Shown: positions 29,178-37,817, counted from the first letter of the stretch. The stretch: 64,000 bases of DNA from an uncultured Actinomycetes bacterium (GCA_963758605.1 CAVWWI010000007.1:184593-248592); one strand, 5' to 3'. The notes: generated from the sequence alone by a model not told the origin. Program-made: numbers and translations.

Positions 29178-30425
29178 CTAATAGATGTGGAGCTTGTCCA
29201 GGAGCGCGAACGGGTCGTCGAGGGACTCGAACAGGTCCTTGTTGTGCTTGATCATCTTGCTGCGCATGTAGACGCGAAGCCATTGCTTGTACGTGTGCAG
29301 CTCATAGCGATCGAACATGTCTCTGAGTGACAGGTCACGCTGCGCGATGAGCCCTGCCAGATACATCGCACACTCGAAGCCAAGCGAAATCGACTGAAAG
29401 TACGGAGAGCCAATGGCCGAATCGCCGGCGAGGAACACCGGCGACCTGGCGAACGGGTGATCGCTATGCCCCGCCGCGAGCCACTGCCGGCTGGTCGCAT
29501 TCCGTGCCCGGTACAGATCTAGGGGTATCCGGAGAATCTCGAGGTCGCCGAGTACTTCGCCGTGAGTTTCCTGCTTGATCTTGTCGATGAAACGGTCCAT
29601 GGACTGGGCGACGTCGGGAAAGTTGCTGCGAAGCCACTCGCCGTCGAATCGGGACGGCATCGCCTCGTAGTCCTCGGCGGTGATGTTGACGATGCCCGTC
29701 ACGTGGCTGACGCTGCCGTCGGAGTGTGTGCGGTGGACCATGGGGATGAACTTGTAGTGCGCGTTCTCGATGTTCTTGTAGTACTTGCAGTACTCGTTGC
29801 AGTCGTAGGTCTGGCCGTACAGGAACGTGATGACGAGCGCGTATTCGAGTCGGATGCTGAGCGTGTTCGTGCCTCCATCCACCTCGCCGGAGTCGGGCGC
29901 CAGGTGATCTCGAAGGAGCGACTTGCTGCCCGTGCAGTCGATGAGGATGTCCCCCGGCTCGAGCATCGCCATCACGTCATCCGCCGAGATGACCGCCGCG
30001 GTGCGCTGCACCGCACTCGACGTGCGCGCATCGATGAGATCGCTGAGGGAGCGCTCGATGGTGTTGAGCGGGCAGAACCCTAGTGCCCATCCGCGAAGAA
30101 GTGTCATCAGGTCCGAAGGAATCGACTGTCTGAACGCAAGCCCCTCGTCGAGCTCCTGCGGATCGAAGATCGCCTCGACGCTATCTCCGTCGATGGCATC
30201 GGTTCGGTAGCTCTCGACTGAATCCGCCACGAGGTACGGTGCGAGCTGGGCCATCCGGGTGCGCGTGTACTCCTTCCGCTTTTCGTAGAGGCGCACCGAG
30301 AACCCCTCCATCGACTGGAGCAGTGCCGTGAGCAGGAGACCGACGGGCCCTGCGCCGACGACGTGCACTCGTACGGTGGAAGGCAGAGTCTCCAGAGCTG
30401 CGGAGTCGGAAGTAAGGGGCGGCAT
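29178..30425 (-). CDS. FAD/NAD(P)-binding flavoprotein, group-A monooxygenase-like, function unknown; compositionally atypical
   Basis: ORF 29178..30425, 415 aa. Rossmann VHVVGAGPVGLLLTALL, DCTGSKSLL, GDSAIGSPYFQSISLG. The DNA is visibly AT-richer and the protein richer in Lys/Tyr/Ile/Asn than its neighbours. Confidence 0.7.
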   Translation of the reverse strand: MPPLTSDSAALETLPSTVRVHVVGAGPVGLLLTALLQSMEGFSVRLYEKRKEYTRTRMAQLAPYLVADSVESYRTDAIDGDSVEAIFDPQELDEGLAFRQSIPSDLMTLLRGWALGFCPLNTIERSLSDLIDARTSSAVQRTAAVISADDVMAMLEPGDILIDCTGSKSLLRDHLAPDSGEVDGGTNTLSIRLEYALVITFLYGQTYDCNEYCKYYKNIENAHYKFIPMVHRTHSDGSVSHVTGIVNITAEDYEAMPSRFDGEWLRSNFPDVAQSMDRFIDKIKQETHGEVLGDLEILRIPLDLYRARNATSRQWLAAGHSDHPFARSPVFLAGDSAIGSPYFQSISLGFECAMYLAGLIAQRDLSLRDMFDRYELHTYKQWLRVYMRSKMIKHNKDLFESLDDPFALLDKLHIY

Positions 30426-30721
30426 TCGCCTCGTTGCTCGAGCTCTACGACCGGACGGTCGTCCACGCGTGGACGTCAGCTATGCGGTGGCGGACGAGAG
30501 CGATGGTGCTCGTCATGAGCCCCCCTTCCGGTGGATGCCCTGCTGCGAAGGAACGGGCCTCAGGAGAAGCGCGCAACGAAGGCGACGCTCGAAAGTCTAT
30601 TCGGCAGCATGATTCCGTACGCGCGCAATCTTGTGGGACGATTGTCTCGCAGCGCGGAGACCGAGCGCTGCTGTTTGGAAGGATGCGTGCCACGCCGTCA
30701 GATCGCCCCGAGTTCTCGAGC

Positions 30722-31963
30722 ATGGCAGACGACTACGCGCGGTACGCGCTCTCGCAGCGCGCCGCGTTCGAGGCGACCCACCCGGCCGTGCTGGCCGCCG
30801 CGCGACTGTTTGCGGACGAGCCGGTGCTCCGCGTGGTCGATCTCGGCGCCGCCGACGGGGTGAATTCCCACGGCCTGATCCGCGATCTCGTGCGGGAGCG
30901 CGCTGGACGGCCGCTGATCTACTCGCTCGTCGATCTGCCGACGAACGCGTGGGGGGTCGCCGCCGACCACCTGCAGCACGCGTTCGGTAAAGCGGCGGGC
31001 AAGCCAGGGGTCGTCGTGATCCCGGGCGCCGGCGACGCCGCCCCGGGGGTCGCCGATGCCGGCTCGGGGGGCCACTACGCTTCGCCGGAGGCCCACGGCG
31101 AGGCGTGCCGCCGAGCCGTCGAGCACGACCCGCCCCCCGCGACAGTGATCAGTCTGGCGGGCATCCCCCTTCAGCAGGCGCCTTGCCTGCCATCGGGCAG
31201 CGTGCACATCGGGGTCAGCGGGACGGCGATGCACTGGATCGCCGGCGCGGCGGGCCTGGCGTCGACCGGGTCCGTATTTCCGGGCTATCCGGACCACCTG
31301 GACGAGGGCGAGCGGCGTGCTTGGCGCGTGGCCGCGGCGCGGCAGTGGGAGCGGCTGCTCGAGATCCGGGCGATGGAGCTCGCGACGGGTGGCCGGTTCA
31401 TCGCCGCGCTCCCGGCGTCCCCCGCTCCGTGCCCCGAGAGGACGGGGCTGTACGTGGAGATCATCGGGGACATGAACCGGGTACTCGCCGACTGGCGTCG
31501 CGCGGGGCGCATCGGCGCCGGGACCGTCGCCGCGGTCGTCGTCCCCGTGTGGATGCGCACGCTCGACGAGATCCGAGCCCCCTTCGAGAGGAGCGGCGGC
31601 GTGGCGGGCTTACACCTCGAGAGCGCCGAGCTCTTCCGTCTCGACAATCCCTACTGGAACGACGATCCCGCCGTCTTCGCGCGGGGCTACGTCCGGAGTG
31701 TGACCGCATGGGGCGGCCCGCTTCTCATCCGCGCCTTCGCGCGCGAGGGCGAGGACCGCGCCCCCGGTCTCCTCGCCGCTTTCCTTGAAGCGCTCGAGGA
31801 GCGCGTCGCGGATGCCCCCGACCGCTACCGCTGGGACTACATCGAGGCGCTCCTCATCTGCCGCAAGGCGGACGGCACCAGGCGCGACCAGACGCGCCCC
31901 GAAAGTCGGGCCGCTGACATGGGCCCGTCTCGGCCAAGAGCCCAAGCAAGCCGTTGGACTTGA
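30722..31963 (+). CDS. SAM-dependent methyltransferase resembling the SABATH carboxyl-methyltransferase family (Methyltransf_7-like)
   Basis: ATG at 30722 (alternative ATG 30683), in frame with ORF 30434..31963. Collinear by eye with plant SAMT blocks: DDYARYALSQRAAFE / LRVVDLGAADGVNS / SLVDLPTNAW / HIGVSGTAMHWI / RAMELATGGRF. Needs HMM confirmation. Confidence 0.6.
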   Translation: MADDYARYALSQRAAFEATHPAVLAAARLFADEPVLRVVDLGAADGVNSHGLIRDLVRERAGRPLIYSLVDLPTNAWGVAADHLQHAFGKAAGKPGVVVIPGAGDAAPGVADAGSGGHYASPEAHGEACRRAVEHDPPPATVISLAGIPLQQAPCLPSGSVHIGVSGTAMHWIAGAAGLASTGSVFPGYPDHLDEGERRAWRVAAARQWERLLEIRAMELATGGRFIAALPASPAPCPERTGLYVEIIGDMNRVLADWRRAGRIGAGTVAAVVVPVWMRTLDEIRAPFERSGGVAGLHLESAELFRLDNPYWNDDPAVFARGYVRSVTAWGGPLLIRAFAREGEDRAPGLLAAFLEALEERVADAPDRYRWDYIEALLICRKADGTRRDQTRPESRAADMGPSRPRAQASRWT

Positions 31964-31982
31964 CTAGGCTGAACGGGTAGCG

Positions 31983-33560
31983 ATGAGCTCGACGAGCTAT
32001 GACGAGATCTGCGCACGGCATCGCTGGGAGGTGCCGGCGCGGTACAACATCGCCGCCGACGTCTGCGACAAGCATGCGCGTGACAAGCCGGCGATGGTTT
32101 GGGAGAGCTTCGACGGCTCGACCCGTGAGCTCGAGTGGGGCGAGCTGCAGGACCTGGCGAACCAGGCAGCGCACACGCTCGCCGCACACGGTGTCACGCA
32201 GGGCGACCGGGTGGCCGTCGTCCTACCGCCGACGCCAGAGGCCGCTGCAATCTTTTTCGGAGTCTGGAAGCTCGGCGCCATTCTGCTCTCGATGTCCGTG
32301 CTGTACGGGGACGATGGGATCGAACATCGGCTCTCGGACTCGGAAGCCAAGCTGCTCGTCACCGACCCCGGAAATGCGCCGCGCTTCGACCGACCGTGGG
32401 CGCCGGACACGCTCGTGCTCGAGCCCGATACGCTGGCAGCCGCTCCGAGGGATTTCGTTTGCGTGGACACCGCGGCCGACGACCCTGCGCAGCTCTACTA
32501 CACATCCGGGACGACCGGGCTCGCGAAGGGGATCGTCCACGCGCACCGCTACATCCTCGGCCACGAGGAGTTCCGCTACTGCCACGAGGTCGAGGACGGC
32601 GAGCGCTTCCACGGGATGGGCGAGTGGGCGTGGGCCGCAGGGATCGCGCCGCTGCTCGGCCCTTGGCGGCTGGGCGCGCTGCAGTGCGTGTACCGGCGCG
32701 AGGGCGGCTTCGACCCGCACAAGCAGCTCGACTTCTTGAGCCGGCACTCGGTGACGAACGTGTTCACCACGCCAACGGCGATGCGCTCGATGATGGCGGT
32801 CGAGGATGCGGGGGCACGCTACCCGCAGGTGTTCCGCCGCGTGTGCTCGGCGGGAGAGCCGCTGAATCCGGAGGCGATCCGCTGGTTTCGCGAGCAGTAC
32901 GGCGTGACGGTGCTCGACTACTACGGCCTGACGGAGTCGTATCCACTCGTCGCGAACTACCCGTTTCTCGAGGTGCGTGAAGGCTCGATGGGCAAGCCGA
33001 TGCCGGGTTGGGACGTGCAGCTCCTCGACGAGGACGAGCAACCCGTGGGACAGGGGGAACGAGGCGAGATCTGTCTGCGCGCCCGCTCGAACCCGCACTA
33101 TCCGCTCGGGTATTGGCGCAACGACGAAGCGAGCGCGGTGACCTTCGACGGTGAGTGGTTCCACACGAAGGACGCCGCCGTCCGGGACGAGGACGGCTAC
33201 ATCTGGTACGTCGGACGCGCCGACGACGTGATCATCGCAGCGGGTTACCGGATCGGCCCGTTCGAGGTCGAATCGAGCTGCCTCGAGCATGCCGCTGTTC
33301 GCGAGGCAGCAGTCGTCGCGTCGCCCGACGAGCTCCGGGGCAACGTCGTGAAGGCATTCATCGTCCTCGCAGACGGATACGAGCCGTCGGAGGCGCTAGC
33401 CGACGAGATCAAGAGCCACGTCCGCGAACGCCTCTCCGCGTACGCGTACCCGCGCCTGATCGAATTCGTGCCCGAGCTGCCGAAGACTCTCACGGGAAAG
33501 ATTCGCCGGATTGAGCTCCGCCAACTCGAGCTCGACCGCGCCGCGATCACGGACTCCTGA
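31983..33560 (+). CDS. AMP-forming acyl-CoA synthetase / acid-CoA ligase (ANL superfamily)
   Basis: ORF 31983..33560. AMP-binding motif LYYTSGTTGLAKG, YGLTE, TKDAAVRDEDGYIWYVGRADDVI, C-terminal LPKTLTGKIRR. Confidence 0.9.
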   Translation: MSSTSYDEICARHRWEVPARYNIAADVCDKHARDKPAMVWESFDGSTRELEWGELQDLANQAAHTLAAHGVTQGDRVAVVLPPTPEAAAIFFGVWKLGAILLSMSVLYGDDGIEHRLSDSEAKLLVTDPGNAPRFDRPWAPDTLVLEPDTLAAAPRDFVCVDTAADDPAQLYYTSGTTGLAKGIVHAHRYILGHEEFRYCHEVEDGERFHGMGEWAWAAGIAPLLGPWRLGALQCVYRREGGFDPHKQLDFLSRHSVTNVFTTPTAMRSMMAVEDAGARYPQVFRRVCSAGEPLNPEAIRWFREQYGVTVLDYYGLTESYPLVANYPFLEVREGSMGKPMPGWDVQLLDEDEQPVGQGERGEICLRARSNPHYPLGYWRNDEASAVTFDGEWFHTKDAAVRDEDGYIWYVGRADDVIIAAGYRIGPFEVESSCLEHAAVREAAVVASPDELRGNVVKAFIVLADGYEPSEALADEIKSHVRERLSAYAYPRLIEFVPELPKTLTGKIRRIELRQLELDRAAITDS

Positions 33561-33693
33561 CGCGTCGTCGCACGGAGACGGGGCACAACGGGGACGAGCT
33601 CCATGACAAGACCGCACGGGTTCGGATGAGAACCGACTCGGGCGCCCTTCCGCTCGCCCCACCCAGGCAGCGAAGTGCGGCGACGGAGGCGAA

Positions 33694-34827
33694 GTGACCG
33701 GGTTCGGTGAGCAGGTGAGGATCGTGTCGAGCCTCACACGAAGTGGTTCGTCGATCGGCCAGAGCGACTCGATCGTGAACGCGATCAGGATGCGGCTCGA
33801 GGATGCCGGGCATCGGGTATGTGGCGTGCCGGTCGTATACGAGGACCTGGACGGAGGGAGCGAGGAGCGGGGCTCCTGGGACGCGGCGCGCGAGGAGGCA
33901 AATGCTCGCTACGCGGCCGCCCAGCCCGACGTCCTCGCCTACATCGGCACGCTCGACGCGGACGCCGCGGCCTACTCGATTCCGATCACCAACACCGCGG
34001 ATCTGTTGATGATCTCACCCTGCAATACCTACCCCGGACTGACCAAGTCGTTCGAACCGGGGGAGCCCGACAAGCACTACCCGACCGGCCGCCGCAACTA
34101 TCTCCGCAGCGCGCTGAGCGACGATCTCCAGGGCGCTTTTGCAGCGCAGTGGGCAGCCGAGCTCGGCGCTCGAAGTGCTTTCGTCGTTCACGACACCGAA
34201 CCATGTGGTCGTGGCGTCGCACTGCCGTTTGCCGGTGCGTGCAGGCAACTAGGCATCGAGCTGGTATCGGCGCCGGTTGGGATCGTGCCGAAGCAGCTCG
34301 GCTACGAGGCGCTGGCTCAGACGATCGCGAGCAGCGGCGCCGACCTCGTCTTCTATGGCGGCATCATCCAGAACGGTGCCGGGCCACTGTGGCGCGACAT
34401 CCGCGAGGTCGCCCCAGCGATGACGATGATGGGGCCCGATACGCTCTTCGAGCACGCATTCATCGATGACGCAGGCGAAGCGGCCGAAGGCACGCTGGTC
34501 ACGTTCGCGGGCGTTCCGCCCGCGCTGCTCGATGGGCGAGGTCGGGTGTTCTACGAGGGCTACCTCGAGCGCTTCGGACTCGAGCCCGAGTGTTACGCAG
34601 CCTCCGCGTATGACGCGACCGGGGTGATTCTGGAGGCCATCGAGCGAGTCGGCCGCCCCGACCGCGGTGCCATCACCCGTGCCGCGTTCGCGACGCGCGA
34701 CTTCGAAGGCGTGCTCGGTCGCTGGAGCTTCGACGCGAACGGAGACATCGACCTTCGTCGCGGAACCCGGCTCACTGTCCGAAATGGGAGCTTCGAACCG
34801 CTGACAGTCTTGTCGATCGACGGATAG
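33694..34827 (+). CDS. Leaderless periplasmic-binding-protein-fold protein (Peripla_BP_6 / LivJ-AmiC-like), probably cytoplasmic
   Basis: ORF 33694..34827, GTG start. There is no other start codon back to the in-frame stop at 33604. No signal peptide or lipobox: the first beta-strand (VRIVSSLTRSGSS) starts at residue 8. No ABC permease or ATPase genes are adjacent. Confidence 0.65.
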   Translation: MTGFGEQVRIVSSLTRSGSSIGQSDSIVNAIRMRLEDAGHRVCGVPVVYEDLDGGSEERGSWDAAREEANARYAAAQPDVLAYIGTLDADAAAYSIPITNTADLLMISPCNTYPGLTKSFEPGEPDKHYPTGRRNYLRSALSDDLQGAFAAQWAAELGARSAFVVHDTEPCGRGVALPFAGACRQLGIELVSAPVGIVPKQLGYEALAQTIASSGADLVFYGGIIQNGAGPLWRDIREVAPAMTMMGPDTLFEHAFIDDAGEAAEGTLVTFAGVPPALLDGRGRVFYEGYLERFGLEPECYAASAYDATGVILEAIERVGRPDRGAITRAAFATRDFEGVLGRWSFDANGDIDLRRGTRLTVRNGSFEPLTVLSIDG

Positions 34828-34888
34828 AGCGCAGAGTTGCCACAGCCGAGCCTCAAAATGTTCGAGCTCGCGCGACCTGCTCGCGAGC

Positions 34889-35170
34889 ATGACTGCGGAC
34901 TCGATCGAGGCGTCCAGCCTCGATCCGGAGACGCTGATGCTCGTTCGCATCGCGGCGCTGGCCGCTGTCGATGCCCCGTCGATCTCTTACCTCATGAACC
35001 TCGAGGCGGCGAGCGAGCTCGACATCGACGCCGAGCAAATCCGCGGCGTCCTCGCCGCTATCGCACCGATCGTCGGAACCGCGCGCATCGCAGCCGCCAC
35101 GGGGAAGCTCGTCGAGGCCCTCGCGGTCGCGATCGAGATCGTAGAGATCGAAGAAGAGAGCAGCGTCTAA
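34889..35170 (+). CDS. Small carboxymuconolactone-decarboxylase-like (AhpD-fold) protein
   Basis: ORF 34889..35170, 93 aa: LDPETLMLVRIAALAAVDAPSISYLMNLEAASELDIDAEQIRGVLAAIAPIVG. Weak family call. Confidence 0.45.
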   Translation: MTADSIEASSLDPETLMLVRIAALAAVDAPSISYLMNLEAASELDIDAEQIRGVLAAIAPIVGTARIAAATGKLVEALAVAIEIVEIEEESSV

Positions 35171-35196
35171 CCGCGACCTCGCAGCAGAGGGCGACT

Positions 35197-35228
35197 AAGA
35201 GCCCCGGGCGACCGGGGCTCTTCGTTTC
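35197..35228. terminator. Intrinsic terminator hairpin between convergent genes
   Basis: AAGAGCCCCGG-GCGA-CCGGGGCTCTT (11-bp perfect stem, 35197-35222), followed by CGTTTC. It lies between the CMD-like stop (35170) and the aminotransferase stop (35246). Confidence 0.6.
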
Positions 35229-35245
35229 AGGTCGTCACGCACCGG

Positions 35246-36529
35246 CTAGACGGTGAGCAGGAACTCCTCGACCGCCGCGGCGAAGCCGTCGACGTCGGCC
35301 TCGCCGAGTGGAAGCGAGAGCGCGATGAAGCCGCGGCGCCCATACGAGAAGCCGCGCTCGAGCATGTGCAGGTGAAGGAGGGCGCGCAACTCCGCCGACT
35401 CGGGCACGTCGCCTTCGTTTCGCACGGGTCCCAGGGTGAAGTGCAGGCCGACGAGCGACCCGTAGCCGGTCGCGCAGAATGTGAGCTCGCGCTCGGTGGA
35501 GAAGGCGTTCAGCCGATCGCGCAAACGATCGCCAAGGCCGTTCAGCCGGCTGACCTCCGCTTCCGTCAGGACCTGCGTCAGGCCGGCGGCTCCCGCCGCC
35601 ATCGTGAGCACGTCGTTGTTGAAGGTCCCGCCGTGCTGCAGCGCGTCGGGCCGAGAGGGGTCGAAGCGGCGCATCAGCTCGGCGCGCCCGCCGAAGGCGC
35701 CGAACGAGAGACCGCCGCCGACGAACTTCGCAAGCGTCGTCAGATCGGGTTCGATCCCGAGTAGCTGCTGCATTCCGCCGGGCGAGAGACGGGCGGTCAT
35801 TACCTCGTCGAACACGAGCAACAGGTCGTGCGCGGCCGTCGCCTCGCGCAGCGTGCGCAGGAATGCAGGGTCGCCGGGGATCACCCCTGCCGCCCCTTGC
35901 AGCGGCTCGACGATCACGGCGGCCAGCTCGTGCGCGTGCTCTTCGACGAGGCGTGCGGCCTCGGCGGCGTTGTTGTACTCGCCGACGACCCAGGTGAAGG
36001 GAGGGTTCAAGGGCGAGATGCCGTGAGCGAAGAGCAGGATGCCGCCGTGGTAGGCGCCAGCGAAGGCGAGTACGCCTGCCCGTCCCGTGACGGCACGGGA
36101 GAGTGAAAGCGCGAGGAGGTTCGCCTCCGTGCCCGAGTTGCAGAAGCGCACGAGCTCGATCGACGGGAAGCGCGTGCAGATCGCCTCGGCGAGCACGGCT
36201 TCGTACCGGTTCGGGGCCCCGAGCACGAACCCGTCGGCAAGGGCGCTTCGGATCGCGTCCAGGATGACGGGATGTGAGTGGCCGTAGAGTCCCGCGGTGT
36301 ATTCACCGAGGAGATCGACGTACTCGTGGCCATCCGCGTCGGTCACGCGCGCGCCTTCGCCATGGACGATCGTCAACGGGAAGGGCGGCTGGTAGATCGT
36401 CGTGCGCGTGTTTCCGCCCGGCATGAAGCGTGCTCGCTCCTCGTGGAGCCGGCTCGACTCGGGATTCACCGCGACGTATCGCGCCTCCGCCTCCGCAACC
36501 CGGGCGACGAGATCGACGACTGCGCGCAT
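35246..36529 (-). CDS. Class-III PLP aminotransferase (glutamate-1-semialdehyde 2,1-aminomutase-like)
   Basis: ORF 35246..36529. FMPGGNTR, NSGTEANL, VFDEVMT, TLAKFVGGGLSFGAFGG (PLP-Lys context). Confidence 0.9.
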   Translation of the reverse strand: MRAVVDLVARVAEAEARYVAVNPESSRLHEERARFMPGGNTRTTIYQPPFPLTIVHGEGARVTDADGHEYVDLLGEYTAGLYGHSHPVILDAIRSALADGFVLGAPNRYEAVLAEAICTRFPSIELVRFCNSGTEANLLALSLSRAVTGRAGVLAFAGAYHGGILLFAHGISPLNPPFTWVVGEYNNAAEAARLVEEHAHELAAVIVEPLQGAAGVIPGDPAFLRTLREATAAHDLLLVFDEVMTARLSPGGMQQLLGIEPDLTTLAKFVGGGLSFGAFGGRAELMRRFDPSRPDALQHGGTFNNDVLTMAAGAAGLTQVLTEAEVSRLNGLGDRLRDRLNAFSTERELTFCATGYGSLVGLHFTLGPVRNEGDVPESAELRALLHLHMLERGFSYGRRGFIALSLPLGEADVDGFAAAVEEFLLTV

Positions 36530-36624
36530 GCTGCGATCCTACGCCCGTCGCGGCTGCGCGCCCCCGAAGCCGCACTCACCCCGGAACAGGGCGAGTCCCA
36601 ATTGCGACCGGCCTAGCATCACCG

Positions 36625-37047
36625 TCACGTTCTGGTGCGGTATTGGAGGTAAACCACGCCGCTCTGGAAGCCCCCGTCGTACTCCATCGCCTCGGCCGCA
36701 GCCTCGGTCTCCATCGCAGCCATGACGGCGTCCATGTCCCGGACCTCCATCAGCACACCGACGCGCGTGGGGTTCTCGGGGTCGACGAAGGTGCGGATGT
36801 TCGTCACGCCGAGGGGGCCGAAGAACTCCTCGCGCTTCGGCGAGGCGAGCCAGTGATCCTTGTCCTTCACGTCGTGGTAGCCGAATACGGTGTCGGCCCG
36901 CAGGCGGGACATACGGTTGAGAAACGCGCGGCGATCGGTCTGATCCTCGGCTGTGAAGGCGGCCATTCGGACCGACTCCGGATCCGTCACTTGCTGATAG
37001 ATCGTGTCGAGATCCCGGTCCTCGAGCGGCCTCAGCGAGACGTTCAT
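36625..37047 (-). CDS. Hypothetical chimeric ORF: GNAT-like N-terminal ~45 aa fused in frame to a small alpha/beta domain protein
   Basis: ORF 36625..37047. The first part, LRPLEDRDLDTIYQQVTDPESVRMAAFTAEDQTDRRAFLNRM, looks like an acetyltransferase N-terminus only. An internal ATG at 36912 (MSRLRADTVFGYHDVKDKDHW...) would give a stand-alone ~95-aa protein. Confidence 0.4.
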   Translation of the reverse strand: MNVSLRPLEDRDLDTIYQQVTDPESVRMAAFTAEDQTDRRAFLNRMSRLRADTVFGYHDVKDKDHWLASPKREEFFGPLGVTNIRTFVDPENPTRVGVLMEVRDMDAVMAAMETEAAAEAMEYDGGFQSGVVYLQYRTRT

Positions 37048-37170
37048 CTGGGCGATCCTAAGGGTGTCGTTGCCTGGCGGTTCCAGGGAGTCGCCTGGGC
37101 CAGTGTTCGGGAATGTCCCCTGAGCCGCCGAGGCTCGCTGAGTAGCCGAGGCATGTGGTTCCGAGCAGGT

Positions 37171-37770
37171 CTACGACGTGTGCACGGGATAGCGCAGATG
37201 CGTGACACCCACACCGGTGACGACTGTCGGATTCCCGAGGACGGCCGGTGTGTTCGCGAGGTGGTCGAACAGCCGCACTCCTGCGCCTAGCAACACGGCA
37301 GCCAGATCGATGTGGATCTCGTCGAGCAGCCCGGCGTCCAGGCACTGCTGGATCGTCTGGGCGCCGTGCACTCCCACGGACTTCGGGCCGGCAGCCGATT
37401 TCGCTCGAGCAACGGCGCTTTCGATGCCGTCGGTGACGAACTGGACTGTCGAGCCGGGCCGTGGCCAGCCGTCGGGCACGTGGTGGGTGACGACGAAAGC
37501 GGGCACATCCCACGGGTGCTGGCCGCCCCAGCCGTCGGCGACCTCGAACGTGCGCCGACCGGTGAGCATGGCGCCGACCTCAGCCTGCAAGCCCTTCAGG
37601 TGGTCGGCGCTCGGCGCCGAGACGTGGAACGTCATGCCGGATGTCGTGCTCGCTGTGGAGACCTCGACGTCGCCCGAGAAGTACCAGTCGAAAACTTCGG
37701 CGACCCCGTCGTTCGCGTCGGCGACGTACCCGTCGAGAGACATCGACATGAGTGCGACCACCTTGGTCAT
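37171..37770 (-). CDS. Dihydrofolate-reductase-family protein (RibD C-terminal domain)
   Basis: ORF 37171..37770. MSMSLDGYVAD, MLTGRRTFE, VPAFVVTHHVP, GLLDEIHIDLAAVLLGAGVRLFD. Confidence 0.8.
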   Translation of the reverse strand: MTKVVALMSMSLDGYVADANDGVAEVFDWYFSGDVEVSTASTTSGMTFHVSAPSADHLKGLQAEVGAMLTGRRTFEVADGWGGQHPWDVPAFVVTHHVPDGWPRPGSTVQFVTDGIESAVARAKSAAGPKSVGVHGAQTIQQCLDAGLLDEIHIDLAAVLLGAGVRLFDHLANTPAVLGNPTVVTGVGVTHLRYPVHTS

Positions 37771-37817
37771 CGTGCAGCTCGATCGACGGAGACGAGCGTC
37801 GTGGTCGTCAGTTTCAT
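37767..37817 (-). other. 16-codon ORF (MKLTTTTLVSVDRAAR) overlapping the start of the RibD_C gene; looks like the 5-prime relic of a paralogous RibD_C gene
   Basis: ATG at 37817, preceded by AGAAAGGA. Its stop TGA overlaps the ATG at 37770. The first 12 residues mimic the RibD_C N-terminal strand (compare MTKVVALMSMSLDG). Confidence 0.25.

Noticed and set aside
30426-30721. The 296-bp divergent intergenic region, and its in-frame ORF extension (30434..), as a riboswitch or extra coding sequence.
   Set aside because: I recognise no riboswitch core motifs. The ORF extension is Arg/Ser-rich without family similarity, and the SABATH-like homology starts only at ATG 30722. It is probably promoter/UTR; an Rfam scan could revisit this.
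37767-37817. The 16-codon ORF with four consecutive Thr codons (MKLTTTTL...) as a Thr-sensing attenuation leader peptide.
   Set aside because: The downstream gene is a DHFR-family enzyme with no link to Thr/Ile biosynthesis. I see no alternative terminator/antiterminator hairpins. The peptide copies the family N-terminus, so a gene relic is the simpler explanation.
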